NCBI GenBank assembly: GCA_016783885.1
Contig: JADHVR010000001.1
Location: forward strand, 54,284 to 118,283
Origin: Bacteroidales bacterium
GTDB lineage: Bacteria; Bacteroidota; Bacteroidia; Bacteroidales; JAADJA01
Length of the DNA: 64,000 nt
Direction of reading: 5' to 3'
Position numbers and translations under genes: made by a program. Shown piece by piece: positions 51,941-60,376 of this stretch. A model generated the notes under the pieces. That model saw nothing but the letters and a program-made list of their open reading frames with translations, did not search any database and was not told the DNA's origin. How positions within the stretch are numbered: position 1 is the stretch's first letter; each line of letters begins with the position of its first letter.

Positions 51941-52015
51941 GTCCTTTATTATAACTTTATTAATGGATTTGTTTCATATTAAAAGTATTTTTGTATTTTT
52001 ATTTATTAAATCCGA

Positions 52016-55000
52016 ATGAGGTTTATTAAATCCGAACATATTAAATCGCTTTTTTTTATAAATTTTTGCGCTTTTATTACCTTTTTGATTTTAAGTAATA
52101 ATTACGCCCTGGGTAATAATTTCTCAATTGAAAAAGACTTATCAGATGCTGAAAAATATTACATGACTGCACAAAAATACTTTTCAAACACAGAAGAATA
52201 TGATAGTGCAGTTGTAAATTATACACACGCAGCATCTTTGTTTCTTAAGCTTGAAGACTGGAAAGGTTTAATTATGTGTAATCTGAAATTAACAGAGTGC
52301 TTTAATATTAAAGGAGAATTTCAATTAGCTTTAGATAATGCCAACCGGGCGATGCAGATTGCCGATTTACATCTTTCACAAGATGAATTACTCTTTTCGG
52401 ATATTTATTATTTATTGGGAAAAACTGAATACGAATTGGGAAATTATAATGAATCCATCTCACGTTTAAAAAAGGGATTACAATATATTGATCATAGTAA
52501 AACCGAATATGACAGTATAAAAGTGCTTGTTTTTAAAACATTAGGAAATAATTATCTCAGGCTGGGGAAATTAAATATAGCATTAAAATCGTATAATGAC
52601 GCATTATACATTGAATTTGATAGAAATGGCGATTCTACTTTATCTGTTGCTGTTTTATATGCCAACATCGGAATTGTTTATTCAGCCAAAGGCTATTATT
52701 TTGAGGCTGAAAAATATATAAGAAACTCTATAAGAATTACGGAACAGTTGCTGCCTGTAACAGATCCAGAATTGGCAAGGGGTTATGTGAATTTAGGAAG
52801 GCTTCTGGTAATAATAGGGAATACTAATGATGCCCTGAACTATTTTAATAAGGCAGAAGAAATTTATATTGAAAAGTTTGGACCGGATTATTATAAACTG
52901 GCTTTAGTTTATTTTAATAAAGGAGGTATATTTATTCTGAAAAATGATTTTCAAAAAGCTTTAACTTATCACGAAAAAGCCTTAGAAATTTATTCGAAAT
53001 ATTTAAAGCCTTCAAATGCTGTATTTGGAAAATTATATGGCAACTTCGGGTTGATATATAAAAATTTAGGTGATTATAATAAAGCCATTGAATTTTATAA
53101 AATAGCTATTGATAAAATTTCGAATACAGAATCTGAAATTATCGGATTAAGAAATTTAGCCACTTGTTATCAGGCTATAAATGACTATGATAAAGCCGGG
53201 TTTTATTATAGGCTTTCAATTGAGAAAGCCATTGAACTCTTTGGGAATAATCACACTCAACTTGCAGATTGTTATTTATATTTTGGTGAATTTTATAATG
53301 AGATAAATGATTTTGATAAAGCAGGAGAATTATTCAATAAAGCATATTTTATATATAAAAATAATTTTGGAGAGAAAAACAGGGATGTAGCAAACGTATT
53401 AACTTATATTGGCGATCTTTTTTTAACACTTCAGGATTATAATAATGCTTTGAATTATTATCAATCGTCATTATTATCCATTGTTAATAACTTTAACGAT
53501 AGCATTATTTATAATAATCCGGTTTTATCGCAACTCACCCAGGATGTAAATACAATTGATTGCCTTGATAAAAAGGCAAAAACATTTTATTTTTTATATT
53601 TAAAAAAAACTAATAATATAAATGATCTGATCGCCTGTCTTGAATCGGGCGAACTTGCCATTCAGTTATTTGAGATTATTAGAGTTTCATATACCGGTGA
53701 GAGTATTAAATTACTGGCAACTCAAAAAATAAACAATCTTTACAAGATATTAATATTAGCATCAGTTGAATTATATAAAAGAACCGGAGATACTCAGTAT
53801 TTGAAATCAGCATTTGAATACTCTGAGAAAAACAAAGCGGCTGTTCTCCTGTCATCAATAAAAGAATTAGAGGCAATGGATTTTAGTAATGTTCCTGTTG
53901 ATATTATGGATTTTGAACGATCCCTGAAAAATGATCTTGCAAATTACAGGAATTTAATTTTTGAGGAAGAACTAAAAAAAGAACCTGATGAAGATAAACT
54001 TATTAAATGGAAAAATGATTATTTTGAAATAACAAAAAAATATGATAGCCTGATATCGAATATAGAAAATAACTATCCTGAATATTATCAATTAAAGTAT
54101 GATAATAGTGTAATGGATATTGATAAAATCCAGGCGGGTTTAAGTGATGAGGATGTGTTTATCGAGTATGCACTTGTTGATTCTGTTTTAGTAATTTTTT
54201 GTATCTCATCCGACACATTAATTTATAACCTTGTGAACCTGAAGAATAATTTTAAAGAAAATGTGCTTAGTTATATCGAAATAACACATAATTTACCCGA
54301 AATAGAAAATAGTAAAGAAGGATTTATTAAATTTACAAATCTTGCCCATGAATTATTTCAATTTTTACTTGAACCAATTAGTGATTGCATATCAGAAAAA
54401 AAATTATTGATTATTCCTGATGATATTCTTGGTTACATCTCTTTTGAAAGTTTAATTAATAGAATGCCTGATACCGGTAAAGTCAATTATAAAAACCTTT
54501 CCTATATAATCAAGAACCATTCGGTTTCATATAGTTATTCAGCTACACTTTTATTTAAAGAATTAACAAAAAGAAAAAATACCGGGAAATTATTAGCTAT
54601 GGCTCCCCTTTATAATAATATAAATGATACATATAATATTGGTTATATAAACAGAATGGAGTACGAACAGCTTATAACCCCATTGGATTATAATGTTGAT
54701 GAGGTAACACAAATTCATGAAATAATGGGGGGTAAAAGCCTTACCGGCAAAGAAGCTTCTGAGAAATATTTCAAACTAAATGCTCAAAAATATAATATTC
54801 TTCATTTGGCAATGCATGCATTTATAAATGATGATGAGCCATTAGCCTCAAAATTAGTTTTTACATTTGATACTGATTCAATTGAAGATGGTTTTTTAAA
54901 CACGTATGAGATTTATAATCTGGACTTGAATGCACAATTGGCTGTATTAAGTGCTTGTAAAACCGGAGCGGGTAAATTAAGCAAGGGTGAGGGTATTATG

Positions 55001-55351
55001 AGTCTGGCTCGTGGATTTTTTTATGCTGGCGTACCCGGTATAGTTATGACTTTATGGGAGATTGAAGACGTTTCGAGCGCTGAAATTATGACAGAATTTT
55101 ATAAAAGCCTTAAAAGAGGTTTGACGAAAGATGAAGCCCTGAGAATTGCTAAATTGTCCTATCTCGAGTCAGCGAACCAGTTAAATGCTCATCCTTATTT
55201 CTGGGCTGCTTATGTACAAATTGGTGACAATTCACCAATTGCCACCAATTTTTTTATTAAGCATTATTATTTTTTTATTATTATATTCCTTGCTTGTATA
55301 GGAAGTGTTTACCTTGTAAAAGTTATTAGTGCCAGGAAAAAATCAAAATAA
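52016..55351 (+). CDS. Membrane-anchored TPR-repeat plus CHAT-domain (caspase-fold) protease
   Basis: 1111 aa. N-terminal hydrophobic signal/anchor. About 500 aa of TPR-like repeats (YYxLGxxYxxLGxYxxAIxxY pattern). C-terminal CHAT with His in ILHLAMHAF and Cys in AVLSACKTGAG. Terminal TM YFFIIIFLACIGSVYLV. Confidence 0.8.
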   Translation: MRFIKSEHIKSLFFINFCAFITFLILSNNYALGNNFSIEKDLSDAEKYYMTAQKYFSNTEEYDSAVVNYTHAASLFLKLEDWKGLIMCNLKLTECFNIKGEFQLALDNANRAMQIADLHLSQDELLFSDIYYLLGKTEYELGNYNESISRLKKGLQYIDHSKTEYDSIKVLVFKTLGNNYLRLGKLNIALKSYNDALYIEFDRNGDSTLSVAVLYANIGIVYSAKGYYFEAEKYIRNSIRITEQLLPVTDPELARGYVNLGRLLVIIGNTNDALNYFNKAEEIYIEKFGPDYYKLALVYFNKGGIFILKNDFQKALTYHEKALEIYSKYLKPSNAVFGKLYGNFGLIYKNLGDYNKAIEFYKIAIDKISNTESEIIGLRNLATCYQAINDYDKAGFYYRLSIEKAIELFGNNHTQLADCYLYFGEFYNEINDFDKAGELFNKAYFIYKNNFGEKNRDVANVLTYIGDLFLTLQDYNNALNYYQSSLLSIVNNFNDSIIYNNPVLSQLTQDVNTIDCLDKKAKTFYFLYLKKTNNINDLIACLESGELAIQLFEIIRVSYTGESIKLLATQKINNLYKILILASVELYKRTGDTQYLKSAFEYSEKNKAAVLLSSIKELEAMDFSNVPVDIMDFERSLKNDLANYRNLIFEEELKKEPDEDKLIKWKNDYFEITKKYDSLISNIENNYPEYYQLKYDNSVMDIDKIQAGLSDEDVFIEYALVDSVLVIFCISSDTLIYNLVNLKNNFKENVLSYIEITHNLPEIENSKEGFIKFTNLAHELFQFLLEPISDCISEKKLLIIPDDILGYISFESLINRMPDTGKVNYKNLSYIIKNHSVSYSYSATLLFKELTKRKNTGKLLAMAPLYNNINDTYNIGYINRMEYEQLITPLDYNVDEVTQIHEIMGGKSLTGKEASEKYFKLNAQKYNILHLAMHAFINDDEPLASKLVFTFDTDSIEDGFLNTYEIYNLDLNAQLAVLSACKTGAGKLSKGEGIMSLARGFFYAGVPGIVMTLWEIEDVSSAEIMTEFYKSLKRGLTKDEALRIAKLSYLESANQLNAHPYFWAAYVQIGDNSPIATNFFIKHYYFFIIIFLACIGSVYLVKVISARKKSK

Positions 55352-55360
55352 CTGATATTT

Positions 55361-56101
55361 TTATTGCAGGTATTCTAAAATATCTTCGGCTTGGCTTGCA
55401 TAGTAACTTTCACTTTTTGAAATCTTATTAAATTGTTCAATTGCTTTGTCTTTTTGTTTGTTCATCAGGTAAATTAAACCTAAGTACCAGTCAGCTTGCT
55501 CAACAAAGAGATTATTATTGTCATTGATGACGAATTCAAAAGACCCGATGGCATTATCATATTGTTCTAACTCAATATAACATATACCAGAATAAAATTT
55601 GGCAGTAATTTGACTCTTTAAAGCAGAAAAGTACAATAAAGCTGTTTCATAATCCTTTTGCTTATAATAATTAAAAGCATTTTGCAATGCTTCATCTGAA
55701 GACATTTTAACTGACCTGACTTGCTTTATTGGATGAGCAGGTTTATAATATTTGATAGCAAGTTTTTCGGTAGAGTATGTTCTGCTTGAGAGCATATACC
55801 ATAAGCCACCGGTAACTAAAATTAAAGCAAATGAAGCTGCTGCAAGATGCCAGGTTTTAATCAAATCTCTGTGAATATTCAGGAATGGATAATTGAGGGA
55901 ATAATGCTTTTTTTGTTTTTCCAGTTTTTTTCGCAGTTCCATTAATCCTTTATCCATAATTGCATGATTGATCTCGTAACGCAAATTGAATTCATTTGCA
56001 AGTTCTTGGTTGTTTTCTTTTTCCTTGATAAATTGCTGAACTTCTTTTTCTTTCAGGTTGCCATCAAGGTAATCTTCGATAATATTAAATTGTTCGGTCA
56101 T
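55361..56101 (-). CDS. Putative anti-sigma factor: N-terminal sigma-binding-type helix region, one TM, C-terminal TPR domain
   Basis: 246 aa. IEDYLDGNLKEKEVQQFIKEKENNQELANEF, TM WHLAAASFALILVTGGLWYML, and TPR-like YYKQKDYETALLYF...IELEQYDNAIGSF. Lies directly downstream of the sigma gene. Confidence 0.6.
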   Translation of the reverse strand: MTEQFNIIEDYLDGNLKEKEVQQFIKEKENNQELANEFNLRYEINHAIMDKGLMELRKKLEKQKKHYSLNYPFLNIHRDLIKTWHLAAASFALILVTGGLWYMLSSRTYSTEKLAIKYYKPAHPIKQVRSVKMSSDEALQNAFNYYKQKDYETALLYFSALKSQITAKFYSGICYIELEQYDNAIGSFEFVINDNNNLFVEQADWYLGLIYLMNKQKDKAIEQFNKISKSESYYASQAEDILEYLQ

Positions 56102-56120
56102 GGTATTCTATTTTTAAGAT

Positions 56121-56696
56121 TTATTTCATTTTAATTATTTCCTTATATCTTGGATCTTTTTTAATACTTGCTACTAAATTTTCTTTACAGTAATGTTTGC
56201 GCTTTTTTATATAAGCTCCGCTTTTATACCTTAATATTCTTGCTATTTCTTTCACGGGAATACCAGCTAAAAATAATTCAAGAATTTTTTGACAGTTAAA
56301 ACTTAACTTTTTAAAATGATCCTGATAAATTTTATATCTATCATTTGCCTCAATAACTGTTGTTATATTTTCATCCAATTCTACAAACCTTCCGGATTCT
56401 TCTAAGTATAATTTTTTTAATTTTCGTTGTTCAAGTTGTTTGAGCCATAACAGCCTGCAAATCGAATAAAAATAAGTATCAAAAGAACAATTTAGTGTGG
56501 TTTCTTCCTTCTGTAATTTTTGATATATAACTAAAATAGCATCCTGATAAATATCCTTTGCATCCTCCCTCGTTCCAAAATTCTGATCTATAAAAGCTCT
56601 AATTTGATAAAAACAGTTTCCATAAATATAATTCAGAACATCTGCATTCATATTTTGAATGCCATTTAATACTTCTTCTGGTGAATATTCCCGCAC
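56121..56696 (-). CDS. ECF-type sigma-70 family factor
   Basis: 191 aa from the GTG at 56696. The ATG at 56651 (MNADVLNYIY) is the more likely start, because the GTG lies only 6 nt from the conserved upstream motif. Region 2 is EDAKDIYQDAILVIYQKL and region 4 is IPVKEIARILRYKSGAYIKKRKHYC. Confidence 0.8.
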   Translation of the reverse strand: MREYSPEEVLNGIQNMNADVLNYIYGNCFYQIRAFIDQNFGTREDAKDIYQDAILVIYQKLQKEETTLNCSFDTYFYSICRLLWLKQLEQRKLKKLYLEESGRFVELDENITTVIEANDRYKIYQDHFKKLSFNCQKILELFLAGIPVKEIARILRYKSGAYIKKRKHYCKENLVASIKKDPRYKEIIKMK

Positions 56697-56702
56697 TAAT
56701 CA

Positions 56703-56738
56703 GTAGTTAATTCTAAAATTCGACAAAAGGTTACCCTC
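56703..56738 (-). promoter_or_regulatory. Motif copy 3 (upstream of the ECF sigma gene)
   Basis: Minus strand reads GAGGGTAACCTTTTGTCGAATTTTAGAATTAACTAC, with the same 36-nt architecture as copies 1 and 2. Confidence 0.6.
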
Positions 56739-56880
56739 TTTTTTATACTTTTTTTCAACAAAAAAGTTAACTGATTGAATATCAGATAAAAAAAATCATA
56801 TTATTTTAGAGGATAAAAAGTTATTTACAGTACAATTTTAGAAAAAAAAAAGGTACGTTAAACAAAAAACGTACCTTTAA

Positions 56881-58047
56881 TTAATCCCATATTCCATTAA
56901 TGATTGTTTTACAAAATTTACACTTACCGTTTTCAATATTGTTTTCGAGTAGTCTATAACCTTTTCTTTTAATAATTATTTTATTACAATTAGGACAAAA
57001 AGTGTTTTCAGCATCAGATCCGGGTACATTTCCGATGTAAATATAATTAATACCTGCTTTAATAGCAACATACCTCGCCTTTTCTAATGTTGAGACAGGA
57101 GTTGCCGGTAAATTTGTTAGTTGATACTGAGGATGAAACCTGCTGAAATGAAGCGGTGAATCTTTAAAACCATTCTCAGCCAGCCATTCACACATTTCTT
57201 TTATCACATCCAAATCATCAGTCCAGCTTGGTACAATTAAATTGGTTATTTCGAGCCAGACTCCTTCTTCTTTCAGGATTTTTAAGGTGTTTAACACCGG
57301 CTCTAATGTTCCGGCATTGAGCATTTCATAAGTTTCATTGCTGAAAGATTTCAGGTCGATATTTGCTGCATCAATATATTTGCACCATTCTCTTAATGGT
57401 TTTTCATGAATATATCCCGCAGAGACAATAATATTTTTTACTCCTTTTTCTCTTGCAATTTTTGCAGTATCCAATGTGTACTCGTAAAAAGCAATCGGCT
57501 CTGAATATGTGTATGCAATCGATTTACAGTCGTATTCAAGGCATTGTTCCACCACTTTTTCAGGCATTAAATCATAGTTTCTTGTCTTTTGGGGGCTTGT
57601 TTGCGAAATTTCCCAATTCTGACAATTCAGACATGCCAGGTTGCATCCTGCTGTTGCAATTGAGAATGCATTGCTGGTTGGGTAAAAATGATAAAGCGGT
57701 TTTTTTTCAATCGGGTCAACATGCACTGCACATGGATTTCCATAAGCGGTGCTGTAGAGTTTTCCGTCAACATTTATCTTTGTCCGGCAATCGCCTTCCT
57801 CGTCCGGTTTAATATTGCATTTATTGGGGCATAACTGGCACTTTAATCCTTTGGGTGTATTTACATAATATTTTGCTTCAATGCTCCATTTGTCTAAGTC
57901 GCCTGAAAATGAGGGCAATCCTGTGGCATGTTCCATTGCTATTGCTTTTGACAGGAAATTTAAGTTGCAGAAACCATAAGATAAAGCCCCGATACTTAGA
58001 GCGCTTTTTTTTAAAAATTCTCTTTTTGATATTTTGTTGTGAGCCAT
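56881..58047 (-). CDS. AmmeMemoRadiSam-system radical SAM enzyme with a Tat-like N-terminal signal
   Basis: 388 aa. CNLACLNCQNW (CX3CX2C). The N-terminus MAHNKISKREFLKKSALSIGALS resembles a twin-arginine signal with KR in place of RR. C-terminal CPNC...CKFC. Confidence 0.8.
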   Translation of the reverse strand: MAHNKISKREFLKKSALSIGALSYGFCNLNFLSKAIAMEHATGLPSFSGDLDKWSIEAKYYVNTPKGLKCQLCPNKCNIKPDEEGDCRTKINVDGKLYSTAYGNPCAVHVDPIEKKPLYHFYPTSNAFSIATAGCNLACLNCQNWEISQTSPQKTRNYDLMPEKVVEQCLEYDCKSIAYTYSEPIAFYEYTLDTAKIAREKGVKNIIVSAGYIHEKPLREWCKYIDAANIDLKSFSNETYEMLNAGTLEPVLNTLKILKEEGVWLEITNLIVPSWTDDLDVIKEMCEWLAENGFKDSPLHFSRFHPQYQLTNLPATPVSTLEKARYVAIKAGINYIYIGNVPGSDAENTFCPNCNKIIIKRKGYRLLENNIENGKCKFCKTIINGIWD

Positions 58048-58195
58048 AGTGAAAACGTGTACAGGGTGTTATAAGTTTATCATTATTGATAAAATTAAAT
58101 ATTCCGTAAAATCTTATTAATCTCAGATAAGGACAACCCTGTTAATTAATATGCAAAGGTATGGGATTTTAATCATATATTGATTTTACCCGAAA

Positions 58196-60331
58196 TTACT
58201 TTTTTGTTTTAAGCATTATTAATATACCTGTAATAATGTTAAGTAAACCTATAATCAAACTTACTTTTATTATTCCAAAGTATGGAACTAATAATGCTGA
58301 AACTAACAGCGCACCAACTGCCGAGCCTAACAGGTCGGAACCATAGGCTGTTGCAGCGATTACAGAAATGTTTATTGTCCTTAGTTTGGATGCCAGTGCA
58401 AACTGTATTCCCGTTAAAATGCCAATTGTAAATATCAAAATCATGAAGATTAAGTGAACACTGAAGTTATTCTTTAAAAAGGAATTTAATATCAGCAGGA
58501 TAACAGGAAGAACAAATGAGTATAAACCAATCAGATATTGCATTTGATAATATCTTTTTAAGTTAATCCTGACTTTTTTATAAAGATAAATTGAACCAAG
58601 CGCCAAGCCTATCATAAACACTGTGATAATTATCCCTATCATTAAATAAACATAGCCATAAATTACCTGAAAGGCAATAAGTAAAAGCACCTCGATAGAA
58701 GATGCCGAAAAGCCTGTTGTAAAAAGTCCGAGATTTACGATGTTGAGCCTGAGAATTATATAAAAAAGAGGTATAAGTAGAATTAATCCGATTATCAGCA
58801 AATTTTGTTTAAAATAGCTGAGCCAATATTTTAATTGTAAAAAATATGCAAGTGGCTTAAAATCTTCATTAATATCAACATCTGTCGTTAATGCATCTTC
58901 TATTAACTTACTGCGGTCAGATACCAGGGCATCGTCTAAATAATACAGGTTTACATATTCATTTTCTATGTTCTTCAATTCGATTAGCTGCGTAATTTTG
59001 TATGATAATTTGCCATCAGAAGCAATAAAATAATTTCTTCCTCCCGGAATTATTATCACATTTTTAAAAACCTTTTTTAATGTAGTAAAAAGTACCGAAT
59101 GAATTTGTGCGGCTTCTTCGCTCATGTAGTGTGATGTGGACATCAGACTAATAGAAATAACCGCATCTTTGTTTAAAACTCTTTTTAACTCTTTAAAGAA
59201 CTCAATTGTATAATACCTGTTTATCTGGGCATTTGCAGGATTAGGCAGATTTATCAAAACAACATCATATTTTATTTTTGATTTTCTGATGAACAGCCTC
59301 GCATCTTGGTTTATAATGTTTACTTTTTTATCTATAATGATATTGTCAGTCAGTTTTTTCCCGATTTCAATCAGCCGGGGATTAATTTCAACATAATCGA
59401 GCGATTTTATATTGTATTTTAAAATCTCATTTACTGTTCCTGAAATACCGCCCGAAATGAGTAATACATTTTCAGGATTTGGATGCTGAACCATTGCGTA
59501 ATGCACATTTTCTTCATTTGATACTGTATTTTCGGTTGAAAATAATGAAACTCCGTTTTCGAAAAAATTCAATTGGTCAGCAGTTTTTGTAACTGTAAGG
59601 TAACCATAAGGTGTATCCTTTTGATAAACAATTTCCTGGTTCTTATATAAATAACCGGCAGAAATACTATCAATATCATTGATAAACAATACTACGGAAA
59701 TAATTATGGTAATCAATGTCAGAACAGATGCCGTAATTATTTTTTTGTTAGAAAGTAATAATATGATTACTACAGCAAAATTGATTATTAGTATGATTTC
59801 AAGGCTAACAAAGGTTTTTAACAGGAAAAGAAATACAAAATTAAACAGCAATCCCCCCGCAATGCTTCCGAATGCTTCTATACCATAAACTTTATTGATT
59901 ACATTAGATTTATAAATCGAAAACAGATATGAACTGAATATGGTGAAAAGCAGCCCGGAAATAAGGCAAAAAGGCGCAATCAAAATCAGCGAGCCAAAAA
60001 AAATCTCAATCAGGCTGATCATTTTACCCGGCGGGAACACAATATTTCTTAGGTAATTTAAAAGGAATACAGTTATTAGGGGCAGGATTCCAATGAGTAG
60101 CTGAGCAGGGATTATTAATTTTATTTTGTTCTTAATTTTATCGGCAAACTTACCAAGGTATGCTCCTATTCCTGTCAGGAGCATCCAGTTGGCAAAGATG
60201 ATACCTATTACCAGTTCGTTACCATTGAAAACCGAAAGAAATTCTCTTAATAAAATAATTTGTGTTATCAGGCAGGTAAATCCGAGAATAAAAATTGAAA
60301 TTTTTATACTATGTTCGTTTTTGATAAACAT
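58196..60331 (-). CDS. Polytopic membrane protein with a central spermidine synthase-like (aminopropyl/methyltransferase fold) domain
   Basis: 711 aa. About 7 N-terminal and about 6 C-terminal TM helices flank VLLISGGISGTVNEILKY...YVEINPRLIEIGKK...DVVLINLPNPANAQINRYYTIEFF. Confidence 0.7.
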   Translation of the reverse strand: MFIKNEHSIKISIFILGFTCLITQIILLREFLSVFNGNELVIGIIFANWMLLTGIGAYLGKFADKIKNKIKLIIPAQLLIGILPLITVFLLNYLRNIVFPPGKMISLIEIFFGSLILIAPFCLISGLLFTIFSSYLFSIYKSNVINKVYGIEAFGSIAGGLLFNFVFLFLLKTFVSLEIILIINFAVVIILLLSNKKIITASVLTLITIIISVVLFINDIDSISAGYLYKNQEIVYQKDTPYGYLTVTKTADQLNFFENGVSLFSTENTVSNEENVHYAMVQHPNPENVLLISGGISGTVNEILKYNIKSLDYVEINPRLIEIGKKLTDNIIIDKKVNIINQDARLFIRKSKIKYDVVLINLPNPANAQINRYYTIEFFKELKRVLNKDAVISISLMSTSHYMSEEAAQIHSVLFTTLKKVFKNVIIIPGGRNYFIASDGKLSYKITQLIELKNIENEYVNLYYLDDALVSDRSKLIEDALTTDVDINEDFKPLAYFLQLKYWLSYFKQNLLIIGLILLIPLFYIILRLNIVNLGLFTTGFSASSIEVLLLIAFQVIYGYVYLMIGIIITVFMIGLALGSIYLYKKVRINLKRYYQMQYLIGLYSFVLPVILLILNSFLKNNFSVHLIFMILIFTIGILTGIQFALASKLRTINISVIAATAYGSDLLGSAVGALLVSALLVPYFGIIKVSLIIGLLNIITGILIMLKTKK

Positions 60332-60376
60332 TTTGTAAATTTGTTATTTTAAAACGAATACGAAATTAATCAAATT

